From positions 138,074,001-138,138,000 of the forward strand of contig OZ024741.1 in assembly GCA_964016885.1 (NCBI GenBank): a DNA stretch of 64,000 nucleotides. The letters run 5' to 3'. The DNA is from Eledone cirrhosa. Its lineage: Eukaryota. The first letter of the stretch is position 1, and each line of letters begins with the position of its first letter. Shown piece by piece: positions 1 to 11,189 of the stretch. A model generated the notes under the pieces. That model had not been told where the DNA came from, did no database searches, and saw only the letters and a program-made list of their open reading frames with translations. A program made the position numbers and the translations under genes.

Positions 1-51
1 CGAAGGACCGCTCTTGTTGCAAAGGATCTTCGACGTTACGATCTTGAGATC

Positions 52-1857
52 GTGGCTTTATCTGAGACGAGGTTAGCTGGAGATGGTCATCTTACGGAAT
101 TTTGTGGAGAATATACATTCTTCTGGAAAGGAAGAGATGAAGGAACCAGAAGAGAGGCTGGGGTAGGATTTGCTGTTAAGACTGTACTTGTGAATAAATT
201 AGAAGAATTCCCAGTAGCGATTAGTGAGCGTCTTATGTCCATGAGAGTTCCGCTGGACAAAGGAAGATATGCTACCCTGGTGAGTTTGTATGCTCCAACT
301 ATGAATTCTGTCGATGAAGAAAAACTGTCCTTTTACCATGCCTTGAAAGGTGTTCTAAGAAATATCCCTCAGGCAGAAAAAGTCATCGTGCTTGGTGACT
401 TCAATGCTAGAGTGGGTAGGGATTTTAACACATGGAATGTAATCGGAAGGCATGGGGTGGGAAAGTGTAACAGCAATGGTATGCTCCTGCTGCAGATGTG
501 TGAGGAGCTGGATCTGTGTGTTACCAACACCATGTTCCAACAAAAGAACAAATTCAAGACCACATGGATGCATCCTGCATCTAAGGAATGGCATCTTTTG
601 GACTACGTCCTAGTCAGGATGCGTGACAGACAGGATGTGCAGTGTGTTCGTGTTCTTCGTGGAGCTGAGTGTCGGACGGACCACCGCCTGGTACGCACAA
701 AAGTGAAACTAATCACCAAACGTAAAATCCGGGCTCCTGGTGTTACCCTGCCCAAAAGATTGAATGCTGCTCGTCTTAAGGATAACAATGTGAAGAGGAC
801 ATTGGAAGAAGAGATGCAGGCTGCAGATCTTGGTGAGGATTGGCCGACCCTTAAAAAGTCGGTTTATGATGTAGGCAGGCGTGTTCTGGGATTGGTGCAG
901 AGAAAACATCAGGACTGGTTTAATGAAAATGATGTACATATAGAAGACTTGTTGGCTGATAAGAGGCGTGTTCTGTCACGCTACTTGACGGCAAAACCAC
1001 AGGAGAGGAATACGTTGCATGAGGAGCTCAGGGATGTAAAATCACGTGTTAGGCGGAGTCTTTCTCAGATGAAGGATCAGTGGTGGAAGGAGAAGGCTGG
1101 TGAGATACAAACTGCGTCTGATTCCAATAACACAAAGCTGTTGTACAGTCTCTTGCGTGAGGTTTATGGACCGTCTTCTTCTCTGGTGACACCGCTTCGC
1201 AGCAAGGATGGCAAAGAACTTCTTCGTGACTCACAGGGAATTCTACGAAGGTGGCGAGAGCACTTTGATGATCTTTTGAATCAGCCGTCTGTCGTCAGTG
1301 AAGATTTCCTCAATCTGATTCCAGAAAGTCCTGTGAAAGTAGCTCTCGCAGAACCTCCGACGCTTGTGGAGGTTGCAGTGGCTATTTCGAAGCTGAACAG
1401 TGGAAGATCTCCAGGTATGGATGGCATACATGCTGAGCTCCTACAATATGGTGGTGAGAGACTCCTGCAACATCTGCACTCTTTGTTTGGAAGGATATGG
1501 GCTAATGAATCCGTACCTGAGGACTGGAGAGATGCAGTAATGGTAGTGTTGTACAAGGAAAAGGGTAACAGGAATGATTGTGGGAACTACAGAGGTATAT
1601 CATTGCTTTCTGTCGTAGGGAAAGTTTTATGTAGGGTGCTTCTGGACCGTCTGCTGACACACATTGCAGATTGTGTTCTTCCTGAAAGTCAATCTGGTTT
1701 TCGTGCTGGACGCGGCACTACTAGACAGCTCCAGGAGAAGTGCATTGAACAAGGCTTGGATCTGTATCAGGTTTTTGTCGATCTGACAAAGGCTTTCGAT
1801 ACTGTCAACAGAAGGTTCTCCAGAAACTTGGTTGCTCTGATAAGTTCCTTGCTTTAG
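52..1857 (+). pseudogene. RTE LINE ORF, APE endonuclease and N-terminal RT part
   Basis: 601-aa ORF. A few residues expected in LINE RTs are missing between GRGTT and RQLQEKC, and the frame is lost after FDTVNR (~1812). Confidence 0.88.
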
Positions 1858-1877
1858 TTAGGTCTTTCCATGACGAC

Positions 1878-3305
1878 ATGAAGGCTTGGGTTAATGTCGG
1901 AGGTAACATGTCGGAGCCTATCTCAGTAACAAATGGAGTGAAACAGGGGGATATTCCAGCACCGACCCTGTTTGCCATATACTTTGCAATGGTTTTCTGT
2001 ATTGCATTCAGGAATTGCGAGCGTGGTGTTTACATCCGATATCGAACCTCAGGCAGCATATTTAACATCAGGCGCTTTGCTGCAAAGACAAAGGTGTTTC
2101 CATCAATCATAAGAGACCTCTTGTATGCAGATGATTGCGATCTTGTAGCGCACACAGAGAGTGATATGCAGCACATTTTGAATGCATTTTCTGACGCTTG
2201 CACTGCCCTGGGTTTGACTGTCAGTCTCAAGAAAACTGTCGTCACGTACCAACCTGCCCCTAGTAAGCAGTACACTGAACCAAACATCTATGTGTATGGC
2301 AAACGACTTGGAGTGGTTGATCAGTTTGTCTACCTGGGAAGCACTGTCAATCGATACGGCAACCTTGACAGTGAAATCTCACTTAGGAATAGGAAAGCAA
2401 GTGATGCTTTGGGAAAGCTAGAAACACGACTCTGGGGTCGGCGAGACATATGCAGGAGGACAAAGGTAAAGGTGTACAGGGCATGTGTACTCTCTTGTCT
2501 TCTTTATGCCTGCGAAACCTGGGTCACATATCGACACCACCTTAAGCAATTGGAGCGTTTCCATCAGATGTGTCTCAGACGGATCCATGGCGTTCACTGG
2601 AGGGACCACATCAGTGATGTCGAGATTTTGGAAAGCTCTATGTGTGACAGTATAGAAGCTCTCGTGCTTAAGCAACGACTCCGTTGGAGTGGTCACCTTG
2701 CCAGGATGAAGGATTCTAGAATACCAAAACAACTCTTTTATGGAGAGTTGGTTAAAGGAAAACGACCGCCACATAAACCAAAAAAGAGGTATAAGGATTC
2801 CTTGAAAGCCTCTCTGAAAGACGCTAACATCTCTGCTGATACATGGGAGAATATTGCTGCTGATCGTAATAAATGGAGAAAGACTGTATATGAGGGAAAA
2901 GTTGCCTTTGAGGAATCTCGAATCGCATACGAGAAAGTAAAGCGGGATGTGAGGAAGGGCATTGCTGTTGCACTTCCAGACGGCGAGGGTCCTCCTACGG
3001 TGCTGACATGCAGCGTATGTGCGAGACTCTGCCTAAGCAAAGCTGGACTCGAAAGTCATCTTCGCAGTCATAAAGTAAGACCAGTGGTTGACTACCAGGC
3101 TGCTGTTGGAGATGCTACTCATCATGCTTGCCAAATATGTGGTAGAGAATGTAAATCAGCAGGAGGGCTCAAGCGACATGCAAAAGTACACGAACTCCAA
3201 CCACAGCCAACTATTCCCAGTGAATGTTTTGGTTGCCGACTCTGTGCAAGACAATTTAGATCATTGGCTGGGCTAAAAAGCCACATTCGATCGCAGCGCT
3301 GTTAG
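1878..3305 (+). pseudogene. RTE LINE ORF, C-terminal RT part and three C2H2-type zinc fingers
   Basis: GVKQGD...LLYADD RT core; fingers CSVC..HLRSH, CQIC..HAKVH and CRLC..HIRSQ. Confidence 0.88.
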
Positions 3306-3623
3306 TTGCTATCGTGTGTGTGTGTGTGTAGATACACTTATGTGTGTGCGTGTGTGTCTATATATATATGTATATGTATATTATTATTGTTGTTGTCGTT
3401 ATTATTATTGTTGTTATTATTATTATTATTATTGTTGTTATTAATGTATGTGTGTGTGTATATGTGTGTCTGGGTGTGTGGGTGTGTGTATATGTGTATG
3501 TGTATGTATATATATATATATATTTTTTATTTTTTTTATTTTTTATTTATTTATTATTATTATTATTATTATTTTTTTTTTCCTCGTGCAATGGCCATAC
3601 TCGATAACGAGGGGGCAGCCATC

Positions 3624-3962
3624 ATATATATATATACATATATATATGTATATATATATGTGTTTGTGTATATGTATATATATATATTTATATATATGTA
3701 TATTTATATATATATATATGTGTATATGTATATATATATACATATACATACATACATATACACACATATATATATACATATATATATACATATATACACA
3801 CATATATACACACATTTATAAACACATACACATAGATATATACATATACATATATATATACGTATACACATACATACACATATACATAGATATATATACA
3901 TATATATATATGTATATATGTATATATATGTATATATATGTATATGTATATATATGTATATG

Positions 3963-4012
<50 letters not shown>
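3624..4012. repeat. (TA)n/(TACA)n compound microsatellite
   Basis: Directly visible. Representative of many similar tracts (e.g. 6525-6760, 10763-11097, 18490-19175, 21665-21921, 22845-23245, 35273-35401, 48258-48663, 61755-62006). Confidence 0.97.
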
Positions 4013-4013
<1 letters not shown>

Positions 4014-5160
4014 GAAAATATGGGTGAGAAGAATACTGCTGGTTGCACATGGATAACATGTTATAAAATGAGTCCCTCATCAGTGATTTACCAAACGATC
4101 ATGGGTATTTCATCGCATTAAAAATCATATACCTCACGTTGGAGCGATAATAACTAAAATAAGTTATTAGGACAATATAAACGCGTAAAGCGAGTGAGAC
4201 AAGTAAACAACACAGGGGGAAGCTAACCGAAGATGGAAATAATCACAAGCAACATAGTTATTCTTTCAGCATAAGCTGTGTGAATATATGAGCGAGTCAG
4301 AAAACAGACCTTTCGCTAGTGAATCCGGTGTTAGAAAGAATGAAAACCGTTTTCCCAGCGAACGGGAGGAAGAAAGAAGGGGAGAAACAGGGACTGAGTA
4401 AGTGGGATTGAGAGGAAGAGGTCAGTAGAGAGAAAGAGTTAACTGACATGGCAGAGGGGACGAAAGAAAGTAAGAGAAACACGGAGAACGAGGGAGCAGT
4501 AAGAGAGAAAGAGAGAAACACAGAATTGCAGTTTGGGTAAATATATGAAAATATGGGTGAGAAGAATACTGCTGGTTGCACATGGATAACATGTTATAAA
4601 ATGAGTACCTCATCAGTGATTTACCAAACGATCATGGGTATTTCATCGCATTAAACATCATATGCCTCACGTTGGAGCGATAATAACTAAAATAAGTTAT
4701 TAGGACAATAGAAACGCGTAAAGCGAGTGAGACAAGTAAACAACACAGGGGAAGCTTTCTTTCGTCCCCTCTGCCATGTCAGTTAACTCTTTCTCTCTAC
4801 TGACCTCTTCCTCGCACTCCCACTCACTCAGTCCCTGTTTCTCCCCTTCTTTCTTCCTCCCGTTCGCTGGGAAAACGGTTTTCATTCTTTCTAACACCGG
4901 ATTCACTAGCGAAAGGTCTGTTTTCAGACTCGCTCATATATTCACACAGCTTATGCTGAAAGAATAACTATGTTGCTTGTGTTTATTTCCATCTTCGGTT
5001 AGCTTCCCCCTGTGTTGTTTACTTGTCTCACTCGCTTTACGCGTTTCTATTGTCCTAATAACATTATTTTAGTTATTATCGCTCCAACATGAGGTATATG
5101 ATTTTTAATGCGATGAAATACCCATGATCGTTTGGTAAATCACTGATGAGGGACTCATTT
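4012..5160. repeat. Non-coding repeat family A: ~533-bp unit, partial tandem copy (4543-4754) and inverted copy (4755-5160); probable PLE pseudo-LTR or non-autonomous retroelement
   Basis: tgggtgagaagaatactgctgg occurs at 4021 and 4554; 4755-5160 is the reverse complement of ~4066-4470. Confidence 0.75.
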
Positions 5161-5161
5161 T

Positions 5162-6140
5162 GCAGACCAGACCCCTTCTTCCTCCCGTTAGACCTGTGCG
5201 AAATTCCTTCCTTGCTCACATTTCAACCAGGTTTGATGGTCTTTATTCTCTCGTTCACGATTTCACCGAACTTAAATTCATAGAAATATGGGACTTGTCT
5301 CCTTCTTCCTCACTTTCTGTTGCTTCACCATTTTGTTTGTTTGCCCTCGCGTCCCCTTTATTTACGTGTCCCAACGACTTTTTTTAGCCGTTGCTCGCAC
5401 CAACCGGAGGTATATGGTCTTTAAAGCGAGGAAATGCCTATGATAGTTGGAAGATCACTGATGAAGGACAAACTTTTTTCATATGTAACCCATTTGCAAC
5501 TCCGTAGCGCCCTTATTATCATATTTACATATATTTTTTCCTCTGCTGCTACACCGTCTTTTTCGTTCTATGTATCTTTCCCCTTTCTAGCAGTCTCTCT
5601 CTCTGTTAGCCTCTTCCTCACCCTTCACTCACTCATTCTCTGTCACTACCTCTCCTCCTCCTCTTTCTTCCCGTTTGACCTGTGAGTAATTCTTTTCTCT
5701 CACATTCTCGGCCAAGCTGGTCGGAATTTTTTCTCTCTCGTCTACGATTTCACAGAACTTATGTTTACCGAATTCGCAGACCAGACCCCCTTCTTCCTCC
5801 CGTTAGACCTGTGCGGAATTCCTTCCTTGCTCACATTTCAACCAGGTTTGATGGTCTTTATTCTCTCGTTCACGATTTCACCGAACTTAAATTCATAGAA
5901 ATCTGGGACTTGTCTCCTTCTTCCTCACTTTCTGTTGCTTCACCATTTTGTTTGTTTACCCTCGCATCCCCTTTATTTACGTGTCCCAACGACTTTTTTT
6001 AGCCGTTGCTCGCACCAACCGGAGGTATATGGTCTTTAAAGCGATGAAATGCCTATGATAGTTGGAAGATTACTGATGAAGGACAAACTTTTTTCATATG
6101 TAACCCATTTGCAACTCCGCAGCGCCCTTATTATCATATT
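5162..6140 (+). repeat. Non-coding repeat family B: ~614-bp unit plus partial tandem copy, related to family A
   Basis: gcagaccagaccc occurs at 5162 and 5776. It shares the block gaggtatatg...gcga(g/t)gaaat...tgat...ctgatga with family A and ends in (TA)n. Confidence 0.75.
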
Positions 6141-6284
6141 TATATATATATATATATATATGTGTACATGTATGTATATGTGTATGTATGTGTATACGTA
6201 TATATATATGTATAGATGTATGTGTATCAGTTTATAAATGTGTGTATATATGTGTGTGTTTATGTGTATATATATATGTATATA

Positions 6285-6390
6285 AATTAATAAAAACAAT
6301 GAATAAAAACTAAGGAACAATTCCTTATATTAAACATTTTTTTAATATAAGGAACTGTTTCTTTGTTTTTATTCATTGTTTTTATTAATT
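6285..6390. repeat. AT-rich imperfect fold-back hairpin
   Basis: aattaataaaaacaatgaataaaaac...ccttatattaaa pairs with tttaatataagg...gtttttattcattgtttttattaatt. Confidence 0.7.
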
Positions 6391-6549
6391 TATCTTGAAT
6401 CTGTTTTCCTGTGATTTTCATCGAAAAAAATGTTGAATACATCTTTTCTTTTCATGGTATTTGTATTACATTGAGTTCTTCATACGGATTGGACACTACC
6501 GTATATTTTGGTAGATTTATCTACATATATGTATATATATATATATGTG

Positions 6550-6652
<103 letters not shown>

Positions 6653-6677
6653 ATGTATATGTATATATGTATATATG

Positions 6678-6766
<89 letters not shown>

Positions 6767-7712
6767 TTCAAAATATTAACAAAAATAGAACTTCATTGTG
6801 TTCAAGTATATTTTATTATACATATATTCCAGAGGTATTGAGCTAACTTCAACAGTACGTCCTCGTCATATAAAATAAGATGATGCATGACATACCCTGA
6901 CATAGTAGATTATTAAGATCCAGTCATGGTAGTGAGTAAGATATGATAAAACTCAATATTTATATACATTAAGATTGAGATATGAAAAAACTTACATATA
7001 ATACATATAATACAGAGGGTGCGTAACTGTTAGAGAATCAAATAATTATTGAAGAAAGAGGAAAGAAAAAAAAGAAAGACAGAGAAAAAACAGATGATGG
7101 GAAAATATAGCTAGTAGAGGTATAGAAAGCAAAAGAGAATTGATCAAAGAAAGAGAGACAAAGAGCAATAAATTATAGGGAGGGATGAATTATATATATC
7201 TATACCTAACTATACATTTGGGCATAGCTATGCGATAGAGTAGAGTAAACTCGAATCTTTGAATTATTGAATTATCTAGAAGTATTCATCAATCTAAATC
7301 CTGAATATAACTGGGTGTAATTAATAAAGGTAAATTTCCTTAGTTAATTAGTTATATATACTATCCAAACGTATCCGGTTGACCGTTAACTTTCAAATCA
7401 TTTAAGTTAGTTGAGAGTAATGAATTAATCAAAGTGTATAATATTTCAGGCTATAAAAGTTTATAAATATCTGTATTAATATTAAAGTATACTATCATAT
7501 TTTATTTATAAAATAATATTTTATGAATTCATATTTAAACTATTTGCAAAACATCAGAAAGAAGACATAATATTTTCATCTTCACGATGGTAATTCTTAT
7601 TAATTTTATTATATTATATTGAATTATTTATATTATATTGAAGATAATTCTCATTATATAATTTATAAAATAATTACAGTTATAATTTAAAAAAATTAAG
7701 ATTAACAATTAA

Positions 7713-9635
7713 AATGCATTAAAGCATGAAAAGGCCTTGTAATTAAACTTAAAAAAAGTTTATTATTAAATTAGATATATGCATTTGTCTAAATACAAAC
7801 AAATATTATATTGTCTAAAGATTAAGATGATACCTATCAGTTATATATAAAATAAAATAATACAATAAATAAGTAACTGATAATATTGTTAAAAATTAAG
7901 GTTTTTATAAATCCTTCCCCATTCAACATAAATACCGTTCCATATTTAACAGACACATAATTAAGCTTTTTTATTCTACAACTATGAATATGGCCCAGAA
8001 CATCGCTAAAATAAATAGTAGAATTCTAAATCAACATACATTTAACGATAATGAATATAATAACACTAACAATATTAATACTAGAAATAACAGTAACATT
8101 ACAATCAATAGAACATTTCGGAGTACTAATAATGTTATTGTAAATAGTACAATTTATAGTAATAACAATAAATCGAAATGTAATTGTAGAAATAGACCAG
8201 ATTGCCCCCTGCAAAATAACTGTCTGGATAGCAATCTGGTACATGAATGCACCGTAAAAGCAAATAACATCGCAGACAACTATGTAGGTGCAACCTCTTC
8301 AACATTTAAATCAAGATTTGCGAATCACAAATGCTCTTTTTCGAATCCTAATAGGAAATCTTCGACTTCTTTATCACAACCTATATGGTCATTAAAAGAC
8401 AAAAACTTAAAATACTCGATTTCTTGGGCGAAGTTGTGTAATAGTAGAATTTATTTGAATTCTTCAATATCACCTAACTGCAATAACTGTACCATGGAGA
8501 CCCTTTTAAAAACTACTAATTATGAAAATTTAATTAACACAAACAGTGAATTATTCTCAAACTGCCTTCATAAAGCTTTGTCTACATTCCAAGCCTCGCA
8601 AAAAGTCAGGAAAAAACACTAAATGAACAGGTTCTAACTTTTGACGTCTCTTCTCAACTGTGTACCTAAAACGTTATAACAGATTATAAAACTTTAATAA
8701 TTTTTTTTTTATTCTTTTTTATTCTTTTATGATATGATTAATGTTAGATTAACGGGTCCTCTATAGGTATATAAAAACATTATTTGATAACATGATCTCT
8801 TGAGGAATGTGCATATCCTTTGATTGTTCAGATATATTTAATTTTGACTGGGATTCTTGCATATTTATTCATTTGGAGTATGTTTTACGATTCAGGAAGT
8901 TTGATTTATATATTTTTATTTATATATATTTACGGTATATGCATCACACACCATACTAATCGACAAACTTTTTTCCACTTAACTTGATGTAAAACTTCAA
9001 TTATAACATTACTAACAATGATTGTACTAATTATTTATTATATGGAAATCGATCACTAATAGCTGGAATACTCTATTTATATTTGAACAAATCTGTAAAT
9101 CTAGTATAATAACATGCTTCTAATTACATTTATAAGTACTTAAAATACTTTAATGACTTTCTAGTGTTATAATCGTTAAATATTTTCTAAATATTTTCTA
9201 AATTTTCTAAGTTATATAACGATTATTATTTAATTTAATTTGGGTCAATGAAATCCTTAGGATTTCTCTTTCTCATGTTTGCAGACACATTATACTACTA
9301 TATACATTTGTAAACAAATTTAAGATCGCAGACAATTCATTTTTCTTTTACTTTGAATCAGATTTTTATCCGTATGATTCACGAATTCTGACTTGTATAC
9401 TTATAGTATATATGTGGTACATGACTTATTATAATAATTGATCTAAAACCTTAATTTTTAACAATATACCAGTAACTTATTAATTGTATTATATTATGTT
9501 ATATGTAACTGATAGGTATCATCTTAATCTTTAGACAATATAATCTTTGTTTATATTTAGACAAATGCATATATCTAATTTAATAATACACTTTTTTAAG
9601 TTTAATTATAAGGCCTTTTGATGCTTTAAGGCATT
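7713..9635. mobile_element. Degenerate AT-rich PLE remnant with ~190-bp inverted repeats (7713-7905 / 9445-9635)
   Basis: The inverted arms are visible and enclose a GIY-YIG remnant. Confidence 0.65.
7984..8622 (+). pseudogene. PLE C-terminal Cys-rich linker + GIY-YIG endonuclease remnant
   Basis: CNCRNRPDCPLQNNC, YVGATSSTFKSRFANHKCSF, STSLSQPIWSLK, CNNCTME, LINTNSELFSNCLH. Confidence 0.8.
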
Positions 9636-9849
9636 CTATGTTTTTATCCTTGAATTCCCACACCTTACTTGCGAGGGCCGTTATTTTTACAAATCTTATT
9701 TCCAACATTAGCCGTAGGATTTCTACCTATCTGTATCTCTAGACATTTTTAATAAAGCCGCCCCTTATTACAATAAAACCCTTAATAACAGCGGCTTTAC
9801 AGAACACATTAAATATTTACCTACTCTTCCCCCAAAAACTAATCACAAT

Positions 9850-10540
9850 AATAGGAAAAGGAAAATTATTTGGTTTACACCCCCCCTTCTCTCTAACTGT
9901 CAAAACTAATGTAGGAAGGAAATTCCTTGATCTGTTAGACAAACATTTTCCGCCTAATCATAGATATTATAAGATATTTAATAGAAATGTAGTTAAAATC
10001 AGTTACTCTTGGTGCCCATCAATGAAGTCTAAAATCACTAATTCTAGTCGTACGAGAATAAATCCAGGATGCAGTTGCGGGAAAGCGGATGAATGCCCAT
10101 TACAGGGCAAATGTAATACCAAATCCGTTGTATATGAGGCCTAAGTGACACCTTTTGTTAATAACCAGCCAGCCAGGAGTGAGCGATATGTTGGCATGAC
10201 TCAGGACAGGTTCATCACCAGGTTTTATGCACATGTCGCTCCTTTTAAACACTCTGATAAAAGAACAGCAACGGCTCTCGCAAATAAGGTCTGGGAATTC
10301 AAAGATAAAATCATCCCGTACCCTAGCGATTGGTCTATTTTAGACCATTCGAGGGAATACCAAAGGGTCACAAAGAATTGTTCTTTGTGTACCACTGAAA
10401 AATTTAGGATTCTACAAATCGTGAAAGCCACTTCAACTTGCCTGAACTCCAAGACCGAGATCTTCAGATGTTGTCCTATCCTAAAATCACACCGGATCTG
10501 TAACTCGATTAACATTCCTATGATGACTCAACCACCTTGA
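9850..10540 (+). pseudogene. PLE linker + GIY-YIG endonuclease remnant (5'-truncated, with frameshifts and stops)
   Basis: RKRKIIWFTPP, KTNVGRKFLDLLDKHFP, KIFNRNVVKISYS, CPLQGKC, YVGMTQDRFITRFYAH, CSLCTTEK, LNSKTEIFRCCP. Confidence 0.82.
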
Positions 10541-10759
10541 ACTTCTTCGCTGCTCTCTACGCCTTACATCCACTACGATTTTTATTACTTTCTGAACTCA
10601 CTTTCTGTACTCTTATATTCTTTTTCTCCCTTATCTCCCCTTATGTTTAAACTTTTTCCTATGTTATTTATTTTCCTTATTCCCGCTACTTTCTCCCATA
10701 CCCTTTACATACCCACCTTTTATATTTATAGATATTTATTTTTGTGTGTATCTATGTGT

Positions 10760-10904
<145 letters not shown>

Positions 10905-11145
10905 GTATATATAATTATATATATCTGTATATATATGTATGTGTGTATATAATTGTATTATATATATCTGTATGTATCTGTGTGTGTGTATATATACATA
11001 TATATATATATTGGTGTGTGTATGTGTTTATATGTGTGTGTGTGTGTGTATGTGTATTTTTATATATATGTATGTGTTTATATGTGTATATATATAATAG
11101 CCGTCGAGACGGCTTGGGCTCTGTCGTCGGGGTCGTACTTTTTCC

Positions 11146-11185
<40 letters not shown>

Positions 11186-11189
11186 GAAA

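Larger units (their letters stand above)
1..3623 (+). mobile_element. RTE-clade non-LTR retrotransposon (APE endonuclease + RT + C-terminal C2H2 zinc fingers); 5' end outside the window; disrupted
   Basis: APE motifs (ALSETR, GVGFAVK, YAPT, LGDFNARVG, LLDYVLV, TDHRLV) and RT motifs (GNYRGISLLS, ESQSGFR, FVDLTKAFDTVNR, GVKQGD, LLYADD, YLGS, RLRWSGHLARM). The 3' UTR contains microsatellites and a short unique end (cctcgtgcaatggcc...cagccatc) running into (TA)n. Confidence 0.93.

Noticed and set aside
3306-4121. Long ORFs rich in YIYI/CVCV (also near 6.5, 10.7, 18.5, 21.7, 22.9, 27.0, 48.3 and 61.7 kb)
   Set aside because: Translations of (TA)n/(TG)n microsatellites, which lack stop codons; no protein signal.
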